Source: Minisyncoccota bacterium (lineage in GTDB: Bacteria; Patescibacteriota; Minisyncoccia; Phycocordibacterales; UBA9973). Taken from it: DNA of 64,000 nucleotides. Of the stretch, positions 40,177 through 50,258 are shown piece by piece. Location of the stretch: contig JBAZSF010000001.1 of NCBI GenBank assembly GCA_041662525.1, positions 41,383 to 105,382 of the forward strand. The letters are read 5' to 3'. The stretch's first letter is position 1, and every line of letters starts with the position of its first letter. The notes under the pieces were generated by a model that was not told where the DNA came from, did no database searches, and saw only the letters and a program-made list of their open reading frames with translations. The position numbers and the translations under genes were made by a program.

Positions 40177-41478
40177 TTATTTAAACATACTTGAATTCGT
40201 TGGTGGTAAATAATACATCGGGTCAAGATAAGCATTTATAGGTGCTAAGGGTTGAGTCAATGATTTTCCAGGGCAAGACTTGCTAGGAAGGTTCTTTACT
40301 TCGGCTGCATTAGGAGCATAAACAGACACATGCAAATGTGGACCTGTGGAATAACCTGTATTGCCACTATAAGCCACTACTGTGCCTCTCTCTACTCTTT
40401 CCCCCACTCTCGCTTTAACTAAAGACAAATGCCCAAAAGCACCAGAAAGACCATTATCATATTTAATAAAAACAAATTTTCCAAAAGAAGCACCCGGGCA
40501 TTGAACATCAGTATCTCCTACGCCAGCCACAATACCAGAAGCCATAGCTTTAACCGGTGTACCTACTGAGGCGCGAAAATCTACTCCACCATGAGAGCCA
40601 GATACATAAAGTCTTTTGGAATCCACTGTTTTGCCAAAAAGTTGAGTTATCAATACGTAATCAAGTGGCCAAGAAAATACTCCGGCATCAGGTAATTTCG
40701 AGGGATCTAAAATATATTTTAATTGAGATTCATAATCTCGAAGCTCTTTTTCAATTGCATTCTTTTGGGCAAGTCTATCTTTTAAAAGTTTTTGATAATT
40801 AGCTTCATTATTTTTTGTTTGTGATAAAAGTTTATTCTTTTCTTTTGTATTTTGCGCCACTATTTTTTGCTGATCAGAAAGTTGTATTTTGAGTTTTGAA
40901 AGTTCATTTTTTGTATCGATAGTCACCTTCCTTGTATCCTCTAAAACACCTTTTGTCTGTTTTAGTATAATTATATCTGCCCTCATTCTTTCACGAACAG
41001 TAATTATGTTATCTACATCATCCCAAACCACAGCTAAATCATTATTGGATAATATGTTTTCTATTAAACTGGTCTGCTCAATTTCATTCATGTTTTCAAT
41101 TTCAAGTTTAATAGATTCTATGTTATTTGTTATAGAATCTTCTTTATTGTTTATATCTGAACTTAAATTTTGTATTGTAAAATTTGTTTTATCGATTTTT
41201 TTTTGAGTAATAGTGATGTCTGCATCTAATTTTTTTTTAGTTAAATCAAGCGCTTTCAAAGAACCATTTAAGGAACTTTTTTGTTGCCCTAAACTATTAA
41301 GCTGTACTTGATAGTTAGCTATTTCTTTTTCTAATTGTAGAATATCAGCATTTTTTTGACTTATTTGGTTTTGAATTTCAGTAGCTGTTTGCGCATAAGA
41401 AAAAGCAAAAGGAGCTAAAAGCAAAATTATTAACAACAGTGTACTAAGCTGCTTTTTGTAATCGTGATATGGTTTCAT
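40177..41478 (-). CDS. Coiled-coil plus M23 peptidase (EnvC/murein hydrolase-like)
   Basis: Signal peptide, long coiled coil, H.G.D, GHL, SGNTGYSTGPHLH. Confidence 0.9.
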   Translation of the reverse strand: MKPYHDYKKQLSTLLLIILLLAPFAFSYAQTATEIQNQISQKNADILQLEKEIANYQVQLNSLGQQKSSLNGSLKALDLTKKKLDADITITQKKIDKTNFTIQNLSSDINNKEDSITNNIESIKLEIENMNEIEQTSLIENILSNNDLAVVWDDVDNIITVRERMRADIIILKQTKGVLEDTRKVTIDTKNELSKLKIQLSDQQKIVAQNTKEKNKLLSQTKNNEANYQKLLKDRLAQKNAIEKELRDYESQLKYILDPSKLPDAGVFSWPLDYVLITQLFGKTVDSKRLYVSGSHGGVDFRASVGTPVKAMASGIVAGVGDTDVQCPGASFGKFVFIKYDNGLSGAFGHLSLVKARVGERVERGTVVAYSGNTGYSTGPHLHVSVYAPNAAEVKNLPSKSCPGKSLTQPLAPINAYLDPMYYLPPTNSSMFK

Positions 41479-42889
41479 TTTTTCCTAAAATTTCCGCTAT
41501 GATAAATGGATCTGGTGATTTATCTAATCCTGACAAGGCAAAACGCACAGGGTGCAATAACTCTCCCCTGCTGTCTAATTTATCGGCTATTAACATTAAA
41601 GCATTTTTAATATTTTCTATTTTAAAATCTTTTTCAGTCAATCCGTCTAGCGTTTTTATTGCTAGCTGTAAATTTTCAGATATTTTTTCAGGCGAAGTAT
41701 TTTTAAAAATTAGTTTTTCTTTAGGGTAACTTGGCTGTTTAAAGAATAAATCTAGCTCCCCTCTCGTAGCCATGTCTTTTACATCCCCCCATTTTGAAAT
41801 TCGTTCTAAAATAATAGGAACGAGTTTTGGATTACGCATTTCTTTAGGTAGCCATTCTAGAATATTTTTTTCTACTTCATCGTAAGAAAGTAATTTTATA
41901 TGCTCTTTATTTAGCCAATTTAATTTATCATCACTCCATTGCGCTCCAGAACGCTGAATTTTAGTTAGATCAAAGATATTAATTAATTCTTCTCTTGTAT
42001 ACACTTCTTTTTCTCCACCTGGATTAAAACCAAGAAATGCTAAATAATTTATCATTGCATCAGGTAAATATCCTTCTTTTTCATAATCTAAAACATCTTT
42101 CGCGCCGTCACGTTTGCCGAGTTTTTTGTTTCCATCCGCACCCATTATCGGAGGAGTCGTCACGAAATATGGAGGGGTAACACCGAGTGCTTCATAAACA
42201 GACAAAAACTTCGGGGTTGAAGATATAAATTCTTGTCCTCGTACCACATGAGTCACCTTCATTTCTATGTCATCCACAATATGCGCGAAGTTGTACGTAG
42301 GATATCCATCGCTTTTTATTAAAATAAAATCATCTAATGCTTCTGGTCCAGCAGAGAGCTCTCCCCATACAATATCATTCCAAATTGTTTGTTTTAGTTC
42401 TACTACCTTGAATCGAAGTGGCGTAGACCCATCCCACACAGATGGATTTTCTGGCCCGCCTAGACTCGCACTAGTCGAGGCTGGTCTATGCTCTCGATAC
42501 AAAAATGGTTTTTTATCCGCCTCAGCTTCTTGCCTAAATTTTCCTATTTCCTCTTCTGTATAAGGATCTGCATATGCCAAGCCTTTTTTTATTAAAATTT
42601 CAGCATATTTTTTATATAATTCTAATCTCTCTGATTGAATATAAGGCGCACAAGGTCCACCGATATCTGGTCCTTGATCCCAATTCAAACCAAGCCATTT
42701 TAATGATTTTTGAATATGCTCTATAGAGCCTGCCACTTCCCTTTCCTTATCAGTGTCCTCGATTCGTAAGATAAATTGACCATTGTTTTTTCTAGCCAAA
42801 AGCCACGCATAAAGCGCAGTTCTTACTCCCCCCACATGCATAAAACCTGTCGGGCTAGGCGCAAATCTTGTTACTACTTTCTTTTCCAT
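41444..42889 (-). CDS. gltX: Glutamate-tRNA ligase
   Basis: RFAPSPTG.MH.G, LRIEDTD, PTYNFA..VDD, KLGKR. Confidence 0.97.
   Translation of the reverse strand: MEKKVVTRFAPSPTGFMHVGGVRTALYAWLLARKNNGQFILRIEDTDKEREVAGSIEHIQKSLKWLGLNWDQGPDIGGPCAPYIQSERLELYKKYAEILIKKGLAYADPYTEEEIGKFRQEAEADKKPFLYREHRPASTSASLGGPENPSVWDGSTPLRFKVVELKQTIWNDIVWGELSAGPEALDDFILIKSDGYPTYNFAHIVDDIEMKVTHVVRGQEFISSTPKFLSVYEALGVTPPYFVTTPPIMGADGNKKLGKRDGAKDVLDYEKEGYLPDAMINYLAFLGFNPGGEKEVYTREELINIFDLTKIQRSGAQWSDDKLNWLNKEHIKLLSYDEVEKNILEWLPKEMRNPKLVPIILERISKWGDVKDMATRGELDLFFKQPSYPKEKLIFKNTSPEKISENLQLAIKTLDGLTEKDFKIENIKNALMLIADKLDSRGELLHPVRFALSGLDKSPDPFIIAEILGKNETISRLQKAA
42455..42484. repeat. 30-nt in-frame palindromic element in gltX
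   Basis: CCCGCCTAGACTCGCACTAGTCGAGGCTGG (PASTSASLGG); removal gives YREHRPENP. Confidence 0.85.
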
Positions 42890-42905
42890 TACTGTATTTT
42901 AACAT

Positions 42906-44036
42906 CTATTCCTCATGACTCAAAGCTATATCCACTAGTTCTCGAGCTATTTTTTCAGCAGCGCCTTCTTTGTTGAAAGCTTTTGCATTTTGTGTCATTT
43001 TTTCATAACTTACCTTGTCTTCTATTATTCTTTCAATTTCTAAACTTAAAATATTAGCTGTCATATTATCTTCTTCAATAACACTACAAGCTCCAGCTCG
43101 TGCATAACTAAAAGCATTTTTTCTTGAGTGATCAGCATTTGAATTCTTAAAAGGAACTAAGATTGACGGCACACCCCAAGAAGCTATTTCAAATAAAGTT
43201 GATCCAGCACGAGAAACAATAATAGTAGCAACACCTGCCGTCATTTTCATTTGTAAAGAATTTAAAAATGGAAAAGGTAAATATCTTGCCTTGTTCTTAT
43301 TCTCTGCTAATATAACTTCCGCTTCTCCAGAAACTGTTTTAAATTTTTGAACTCCAGTTTGGTGAACAATTTGATAATTTTTTATTAATATTGGTAATGC
43401 ATCCAAAACAACATTATTTATAAGTTCTGCTCCTTGAGAGCCACCAAGTATAACAATAATAGGTATTTCTTCTTCTAATTTTAAATATTTTAATGCTTCT
43501 TTTTGTGGTGATTTATGCTCTATTTCAGTCCTTATGGGTTGTCCTGTCCAAGCGACAATTTCCTTTGGAAAAAAAACAGCAGCCTCAGCAAAAGACACAG
43601 CAACTTTTTTAGCAAAATGTCCTGCCCAAAGATTCACTCGTCCAGGAGCAGAATCTGATTCATGAATTAAAACAGGGATACGTAAAATTCTAGCTGCGAA
43701 AATCGTCGGAAAAGAGGCATATCCTCCTTTGCCAAAAACAACATCTGGATAAATTGAAAATAATTTAAAAATTGCATTAATAATACCAAAAAAAATTTTG
43801 AAAATATCAATAAAATTTTGAAATGAAAAATAAGTACGCATTTTCCCAGATACTATTTTTTCATACAAAAGTTCATTTTCAACAAGTATTTTTTTATCAT
43901 AAGGACTATCAGAAAAATAATAAAGTTTCGCTCCTACGATATGTTCCTGGTCTATTATTTTATTAACTTTTTGGGCAATAGCAATAAGTGGATAAAAATG
44001 TCCACCCGTCCCACCACCCGTAAAAACTATTTTCAT
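42906..44036 (-). CDS. murG: Lipid II GlcNAc transferase
   Basis: GGGTGGH, KGGYAS, HESD, GGSQGA, SRAG. Confidence 0.96.
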   Translation of the reverse strand: MKIVFTGGGTGGHFYPLIAIAQKVNKIIDQEHIVGAKLYYFSDSPYDKKILVENELLYEKIVSGKMRTYFSFQNFIDIFKIFFGIINAIFKLFSIYPDVVFGKGGYASFPTIFAARILRIPVLIHESDSAPGRVNLWAGHFAKKVAVSFAEAAVFFPKEIVAWTGQPIRTEIEHKSPQKEALKYLKLEEEIPIIVILGGSQGAELINNVVLDALPILIKNYQIVHQTGVQKFKTVSGEAEVILAENKNKARYLPFPFLNSLQMKMTAGVATIIVSRAGSTLFEIASWGVPSILVPFKNSNADHSRKNAFSYARAGACSVIEEDNMTANILSLEIERIIEDKVSYEKMTQNAKAFNKEGAAEKIARELVDIALSHEE

Positions 44037-44155
44037 CCCGTTAGAAGCAGATCGCGATCAACTCGCGTATCTGATGTTTTAAGTTATTAATTTTTTCTAT
44101 GTTTAATTTCATGTTTTGTTTATTTTTAAATTGCGATCGCGGCTTCTAACGGGAT
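44035..44155. mobile_element. MITE-like element with ATCCCGTTAGAAGC/GCTTCTAACGGGAT TIRs between ftsW and murG
   Basis: 14-bp TIR extended by GATCGC pairing; abuts the murG ATG; internal 23-codon ORF on the minus strand. Confidence 0.7.
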
Positions 44156-45258
44156 TAATTATTTTTACGCTGAAATCTAGATATATTAAGCACAATACCC
44201 ATTGCCATCATGAAAACCATAAGTGAAGTACCTCCTTGACTCATGAAAACTAACGGCACTCCTGTCAATGGAAAAACACCAATTACAGAAGCGATATGCA
44301 TAAATGATTGTGCTGTAATTAGTATAACAATTCCATAAACTAAAAGTCCACTAAAAGCATCTGGAGAGCGATTAGCGATACGAAAACCACGTAAAATAAA
44401 AAACAAATAAAGAAATATTGTAATTATTGACCCAACAAAGCCCAATTCTTCACCCAAGACAGCAAAAATAGAGTCACCTTGTGGCTCAGGAAGATAACTA
44501 AATTTTTGAATACTTTGACCAAATCCACGTCCAAAAATACCACCTGATCCCAAAGCAATAAGCGATTGTTGAATTTGATAAGAAGACCCTTGCGCATCTC
44601 CCGATGGATTAATAAAAGTTTTTACTCTTTCTTGTAAGTATGGCTTAAAAAAAACTAGAGTTCCGAGTAGTAGAACTACTCCAAAGATTGTACCAAAAAT
44701 ATACTTTAAGGGAACACTAGAAATAAAAAGCATCGAGATTCCAGTAATAGAAATAAGAATAAAACTTTTTGTATCTGGTTGTTTTAATAAAACAAAAGCA
44801 ATAACTGTAATCATTATTAAAAATGGTAAAATTCCAAATCTAAAATCCTGCACTTTATTTTTTACCCACGACAACCAAGCTGCAAAATAAATAATAAAGC
44901 CAAATTTTAAAAATTCTACTGGTTGAAATTGAAAGGTTCCGATTTGTATCCACCTAGACGCTCCTCCATGACTCCATCCAAGAGTTGGAATAAAAACCGC
45001 GGCAGTTAATAATATGGACCCTAAAAAAAATAAAAAGGAAAATTTACGCCAAAATTTATAATTTATTTTAGAACAAAAATACATACCTAAAAATCCAAGA
45101 CCAAGACCGAGGACCAATTGACTAAAAAGCACTGAATAAAATATTTTTTCATTTTTTGCCAAAATTCCCAAAGAGGCCGAAATAAACATAGCCACTCCAA
45201 GGGCTAATAAAATAAATATAATTATAAGAAAAAATTTATCTACTTTTTTTTCTTTCAT
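44155..45258 (-). CDS. ftsW: SEDS peptidoglycan glycosyltransferase FtsW
   Basis: GA.RWI, FQPVE..K, QPD, GSGG.FG.G, LPE...DSIFA, GVPL.F.S.GG; mraY-ftsW-murG order. Confidence 0.93.
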   Translation of the reverse strand: MKEKKVDKFFLIIIFILLALGVAMFISASLGILAKNEKIFYSVLFSQLVLGLGLGFLGMYFCSKINYKFWRKFSFLFFLGSILLTAAVFIPTLGWSHGGASRWIQIGTFQFQPVEFLKFGFIIYFAAWLSWVKNKVQDFRFGILPFLIMITVIAFVLLKQPDTKSFILISITGISMLFISSVPLKYIFGTIFGVVLLLGTLVFFKPYLQERVKTFINPSGDAQGSSYQIQQSLIALGSGGIFGRGFGQSIQKFSYLPEPQGDSIFAVLGEELGFVGSIITIFLYLFFILRGFRIANRSPDAFSGLLVYGIVILITAQSFMHIASVIGVFPLTGVPLVFMSQGGTSLMVFMMAMGIVLNISRFQRKNN

Positions 45259-45379
45259 CCCGTTAGAGGTAGGAAATGCTCTGCATTTCCGTAGTTATAT
45301 TACTTATAATTAAAATTTTCAACATTAATTGTTTTTCTATATTATTTAAAATAATAAACTATACAACCTCTAACGGGAT
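45257..45379. mobile_element. MITE-like element with ATCCCGTTAGAGGT/ACCTCTAACGGGAT TIRs between mraY and ftsW
   Basis: 14-bp perfect TIR; TTCAT direct repeat at both sides; abuts the ftsW ATG. Confidence 0.75.
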
Positions 45380-45382
45380 TCA

Positions 45383-46438
45383 TTACCTACTCACTATTGC
45401 TAAAATCACACCTACAATAGCAAATACAATTGAAAGAATCCAAAAACGCATTGTCACTTTATAAGATGGCCAACCAAGTGCTTCAAAATGATGATGAATA
45501 GGTGCTAATTTAAACAATCGTTTTCCTCCCCTTATTTTTTTTGAACATATCTGTAAAACGACAGAACCAGATGAAATCACAAGAGGTAGGGCAATAATGG
45601 GAAGAATTAAAACTGAATCAGTTAAAAATGCAAATGTCGCCAAAGTAATAGTTAGACCCATAATACCAGTCTCTCCCATATAAAATCTAGCAGGCGGAAT
45701 ATTAAACCAAAGAAATGCAAGAATCGCTCCAGTGATAACTCCTGAAAAAGCAGCGAGATCTATTTGATTATTGGCAAAAGCTATCGCCGAATAAGCGGCA
45801 AAAATGGACGCAAGTACTCCCCCTGAAAGTCCGTCTATACCATCGATTACTCCGCCAGAAAAAGTCGCTACTGCCACTATTATAAAAAATGGAATTATAA
45901 AAATACCTAAGTAAATATTTCCTGCAAACGGGATATGAATCGATGTCATACCTAGTTTATAAAAAAACCAAAACCCTATAAAAAGAGAAATAAGAGTCAC
46001 AAGAAAAACTTTCCATTTGCGCCATGATTTATCATCCCGAGCAAATTTTCCCGCACCATAAATTTGAATAAGATCATCCCAAAGCCCTAGCAATGAGCCT
46101 AAAAGGAGTGTAAAAAAAGGTATTAGAGTTTGGTTACGACTCAAGAAAGTCATTTTTTCTGTACTAATTGATGGAAAAAAATTTGATGCTAGAAAAAAAA
46201 GGATTGTAGTAAAAAGAACAGAAACCCAGATTATTATTCCACCAACACGGGGTGTTTTTAATTCTTCTTTTTCATTATGTACTTTATGAAAATCAGATGC
46301 AGACGTACCAATATTCCTAGAATATTTTTTCCACATTTTATATTTATAAAAAAAATGAGTAGCAAATGGAGTAAGCAAAAGACCTAAGAAAAAAGCAAAT
46401 GTTGTCGGCACAAAAATTTTAACTAAATTTAAAAGCAT
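45383..46438 (-). CDS. mraY: Phospho-MurNAc-pentapeptide transferase
   Basis: TPR.GG, GL.DD, DGIDGL, FN..PA.FYMG, APIHHHFE..GW. Confidence 0.95.
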   Translation of the reverse strand: MLLNLVKIFVPTTFAFFLGLLLTPFATHFFYKYKMWKKYSRNIGTSASDFHKVHNEKEELKTPRVGGIIIWVSVLFTTILFFLASNFFPSISTEKMTFLSRNQTLIPFFTLLLGSLLGLWDDLIQIYGAGKFARDDKSWRKWKVFLVTLISLFIGFWFFYKLGMTSIHIPFAGNIYLGIFIIPFFIIVAVATFSGGVIDGIDGLSGGVLASIFAAYSAIAFANNQIDLAAFSGVITGAILAFLWFNIPPARFYMGETGIMGLTITLATFAFLTDSVLILPIIALPLVISSGSVVLQICSKKIRGGKRLFKLAPIHHHFEALGWPSYKVTMRFWILSIVFAIVGVILAIVSR

Positions 46439-46473
46439 TGATTTATTATAGCAATAAATGCTATCGTTCTCAA

Positions 46474-47310
46474 ATGAACAGAATCAATTTGAAACTTATA
46501 TTTGCCTTAATTTTATTGGTTTTTGTATCTCTACCAATATTCACCTCCTCTCTCTTAAATTTTGAAAAAGAAAGAATAAAAGAATTAAATTATCAAAAAC
46601 TTTTACAAGAAGAATTGGTTCGAAAGGAAGCTCAAGAAAAAATAGAAGAAAAAAATTATTTAATGGGTAATTTTGATCCTAGCACTAGAAAAGATTTTGT
46701 TTTAATACCCATAGAATACACGACCAATAAAAGTAAGATGTATTTAAGAAAAGAAACCTTGGAAGCCTTTTTAAAAATGCGAGATGCCGCTCTAAAAGAT
46801 AAGATAGATTTAAAAATAGCTTCCGCGACTAGGAATTTTGATTATCAAAAAGATTTTTGGAATAAAATATGGACTGGGGCCATATTTTTAAATAAAGAAA
46901 ATTTATCAAAAAGCATACCCAACAATCAAGAAAGATTTAAAAAAATATTAGAGTATGTCGCTGTTCCGGGTACATCTCGTCATCACTTCGGCACAGATAT
47001 AGACCTAAATGGTGGAAATATTTATTATTTTAATTCTGAAGTAGGTAAAAAAGAATATGCATGGCTTGTAAAAAATGCCCCGCTTTTTGGCTTTTGTCAA
47101 CCATATAATTTAAAAGAAAATAATAGGATAACAGGTTTTAATGAAGAAAAATGGCATTGGTCTTATCTACCTCTTGCAAAAAAATTTATGGAAGAATATA
47201 AAGATCTAGTGAAAAATGAAGATATAGAAGGATTTTTAGGAGATGAAAATGTATCTGGAGAGGATCTAATAAATAATTATGTGCTCAGTATAAATCCTAT
47301 CTGTCTTTAA
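46474..47310 (+). CDS. M15 family D-Ala-D-Ala carboxypeptidase (VanY-like)
   Basis: SATR....Q, A.PGTSRHH.G.DID, WL..NA..FGF, EEKWHWSY; start moved to 46474. Confidence 0.88.
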   Translation: MNRINLKLIFALILLVFVSLPIFTSSLLNFEKERIKELNYQKLLQEELVRKEAQEKIEEKNYLMGNFDPSTRKDFVLIPIEYTTNKSKMYLRKETLEAFLKMRDAALKDKIDLKIASATRNFDYQKDFWNKIWTGAIFLNKENLSKSIPNNQERFKKILEYVAVPGTSRHHFGTDIDLNGGNIYYFNSEVGKKEYAWLVKNAPLFGFCQPYNLKENNRITGFNEEKWHWSYLPLAKKFMEEYKDLVKNEDIEGFLGDENVSGEDLINNYVLSINPICL

Positions 47311-47924
47311 CTTTTAAAATATTTTTTATAAAGACCATACTCTGACAATACCTCTCGCAAAGTTAAAGTTACTACAATAGAAATAATTATAGCTAAATTT
47401 ATGTTTACAAACATAAGAAAATAGAACGTAACAGCGCCTGCAAAAACTGCCATAATATAACCAGATTTTTTATGAAAAGCGAAAGGCGCATCCCCCATCA
47501 CCGCATCCCGAAGAACCCCACCACCAAAACCAGTAATCATCCCCATAAAAATACAAGCGAGAGTAGTCATAATTCCATAACCGTTATTATGAAATAAATA
47601 ATTATAAGTTATGGAAGTTCCAATAATCGCAAAAGCGGCCAAACCGACTGAATCCAGAAAACGAAAAAAAGTAAACCATCTTTTAAAAACATGCGGTACC
47701 AAATAAGTCGCAATTCCACCGGCTATCGCAAGCAAAAGATAATTTGGATCTTTGAGATAAAAAAGTGGTGTACGCCCGATGACTAAATCACGAAAGGTTC
47801 CCCCGCCCACCGCCGTAATCACACCCAAAAGCACTACCCCAAAAACATTTAGCTCCCGTCCTCGCGCTTTAAATGCTCCCGCCACCGCAAAAGCTAATGT
47901 TCCAATGAGATCAAGAATATACAT
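47307..47924 (-). CDS. UPF0126/TRIC channel family membrane protein
   Basis: Duplicated D..G..AFA..G and T..GGG..RD motifs. Confidence 0.9.
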   Translation of the reverse strand: MYILDLIGTLAFAVAGAFKARGRELNVFGVVLLGVITAVGGGTFRDLVIGRTPLFYLKDPNYLLLAIAGGIATYLVPHVFKRWFTFFRFLDSVGLAAFAIIGTSITYNYLFHNNGYGIMTTLACIFMGMITGFGGGVLRDAVMGDAPFAFHKKSGYIMAVFAGAVTFYFLMFVNINLAIIISIVVTLTLREVLSEYGLYKKYFKS

Positions 47925-47950
47925 AAATTTATTTTAACACATTGTATAAA

Positions 47951-49681
47951 TTAATAAACTTCTTGTTGGTAACACTTCTCGCAATAAACAATCTCTGGCC
48001 TTTCTGGGGCATAACTGGTCTCAAATTCTACTTCACATTTTTTGGTGCCGTGCGTATGATTTTCTTTATTGCACATACACTCTCTGCGCCAGAGTTTGCT
48101 GGGTCCTCTATTTTTAAAACGTTTAAGATGACGGCACTCAGGACAGTTACGTGGTATTGGTATTTGCATTCTTTTATAAAAAGCTAACTCATCTACAATA
48201 ACTCGATAATTTTTATTGCATTCCATGCATGCAAAAACCTCCTTATTTACATCAAAATCAGAAGATAATTCTAAAATGGAATCTGGGAAAGTTTTCCAAT
48301 CAATAGTTTCCTTGCCATATGTCCCACGCGGAGTATCTTCCCATTTGAAACCCTGCGCTAATGCTTCTTCTTTTGTTAGTGGAAATTCGTCCATAACCGA
48401 AGACTCATTATAGCCAAACGGAGATAATTCTTTTGGAAAAAAATCTCCGTAAATCCCCTCTTGTTTCATTTTTTCTACAATTTCTGCTTGGAGTTTTTCA
48501 TATTCTTCTTTAGAATACTGTTTATTTAAAATACAATAAGAACCTTTTATTAAACCAACACATCCAAAACAATTATTAGAATTCGGGCAATTTAAACAAT
48601 ATTCCATAAATTGTGAGCCCCAGCAATATTGAGAGCAAGTAACATTTGATGCTTCAAGCCCGGTATTTAGAGTATTATAAATCAATTCTGCCGTGCGCCC
48701 TGCAGTATTGCAATCCATACAATCTTTTGCCCCGCGCCAAACATGCATGGAATAAGCATTGTCTTCTGCGTCATAAGAATGAAAACACTGACGATTATTT
48801 TTGACGTTCGTCATATAATTTCCCGTAGAATTTACGGCATTAAAAATTTCAGCAAATTTTCTAGGTTTGTCTTTTATAAAATTTTGAAATTCTTTTTTAA
48901 AATTTTTCATACCCGAATGTGTGTCTAATTTAAAAGATTTTAATTTATTTTCATATTCTTCTTTGGTGTATGGTTCATCAAAAATACAATACTTTTGTCC
49001 CCGTAAATTTATACAACCCAAACAATTTGAGCAATTTCGGCAATCAAGAAGAAAGGAACTGTCAAGACAGCTATGGCATCCTTTGGAAAATCGTAAATTA
49101 TTACAGTCATAACAATCATCAACTTCGTACGATAGTTCTACTTTATTCGTAAAAGAACAATCGACTAGATCTTTTGAAAGCTGAATCCAATAACAATTGA
49201 TGCAATTCTCATTATTTGAGCTTTCTATGATCACATAACAGTTTTTATTATCAGCCGTATAATTTAAGTAATAACAATTTACATTTCTTAAGCCAGTCAA
49301 AGCTGGTTTTGGAACTTTTTTCCAAAGTTCACTAAACTGCTTAAAGAAAGATTCATTAGAATTATAATTTTGAGCATATTTATTAGCATTTAGGTCATCA
49401 CCATACCAACAATTAGAACACCAACTAGGGTAAGTTTTATTTGGACTAAAAATTGAAATTGTATCTTTTTTACAATTATCACAAATACGCTTGTAAAAAC
49501 ATCTTTCATTTTTAAAACAAAGTCGAAGTTGCATTCGACATTCTGGACAATTTTTAGGTGGCAATACTCCAATCTTTTCATAAAATCCAAAATCATCCGG
49601 CTCAATCGTGAAGTTTTTTTGACAACTTTGGCAAGTAGTAGGCACTGAGTCTTGCGAATGTGTTTTAGTTTGTACTTCCAT
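47951..49681 (-). CDS. Cys-rich uncharacterised protein (CPR-type), paralogue of 16964-18748
   Basis: Same N-terminal, internal and C-terminal (VYCEKCYQQEVY) motifs. Confidence 0.8.
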   Translation of the reverse strand: MEVQTKTHSQDSVPTTCQSCQKNFTIEPDDFGFYEKIGVLPPKNCPECRMQLRLCFKNERCFYKRICDNCKKDTISIFSPNKTYPSWCSNCWYGDDLNANKYAQNYNSNESFFKQFSELWKKVPKPALTGLRNVNCYYLNYTADNKNCYVIIESSNNENCINCYWIQLSKDLVDCSFTNKVELSYEVDDCYDCNNLRFSKGCHSCLDSSFLLDCRNCSNCLGCINLRGQKYCIFDEPYTKEEYENKLKSFKLDTHSGMKNFKKEFQNFIKDKPRKFAEIFNAVNSTGNYMTNVKNNRQCFHSYDAEDNAYSMHVWRGAKDCMDCNTAGRTAELIYNTLNTGLEASNVTCSQYCWGSQFMEYCLNCPNSNNCFGCVGLIKGSYCILNKQYSKEEYEKLQAEIVEKMKQEGIYGDFFPKELSPFGYNESSVMDEFPLTKEEALAQGFKWEDTPRGTYGKETIDWKTFPDSILELSSDFDVNKEVFACMECNKNYRVIVDELAFYKRMQIPIPRNCPECRHLKRFKNRGPSKLWRRECMCNKENHTHGTKKCEVEFETSYAPERPEIVYCEKCYQQEVY

Positions 49682-50258
49682 TTTCTTCTTTTAATTCCCC
49701 CACCTCCGCAGATAAATCTTCTAAATTTTTAGCTGCAATATTAATAGAGTTATTAACTTCATCATAGCCTGGCAATTCTTCCACTGATCTTACTCCCATA
49801 AAAGATAGCAACTCAAAACTTGGTTTATAAATAAATTTCCGACTATCTTTCATATCTGTTGTTTTCTCTACAAGCCCTCGAATAGACAAAGCGCGTAAAG
49901 TGAAACTGGAATTTACCCCTCTTATATAATCAATCTCCGCTCTACTTACGCCATTTTTATAAAGAATAATAGAAAGTGTTTCCAAGCTCGCTTTAGAAAG
50001 CTCTTTATTCAACTCTTCTTTTTGCAAGTTTTCTATAAGTTCACTACATTCTGGAGCCGTGCCAAGCATAACATCATCTTCTTTCTCTATCACAACCACA
50101 CCTCTTTCTTTAAAACTTTCTTTCAATTTTTCTATTGCCTCGTTTATTTCTATCTGTCCCACTTTAAAAACTTCAGAAAGTTTCTTTCGTGACATTGGTT
50201 CTCCTTTCCAAAATAATATTGCTTCTATTTTCGATTCTAAATTTTTGTCTAAATTCAT
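49665..50258 (-). CDS. scpB: SMC-ScpAB subunit ScpB
   Basis: IEAILF, LSKASLETLSII.Y, .SRAEIDYIRGVNS. Confidence 0.93.
   Translation of the reverse strand: MNLDKNLESKIEAILFWKGEPMSRKKLSEVFKVGQIEINEAIEKLKESFKERGVVVIEKEDDVMLGTAPECSELIENLQKEELNKELSKASLETLSIILYKNGVSRAEIDYIRGVNSSFTLRALSIRGLVEKTTDMKDSRKFIYKPSFELLSFMGVRSVEELPGYDEVNNSINIAAKNLEDLSAEVGELKEENGSTN

Noticed and set aside
49695-49716. GC-rich patch near the scpB end (LSAEVG) as another insertion
   Set aside because: No clear inverted repeat or match to the families found
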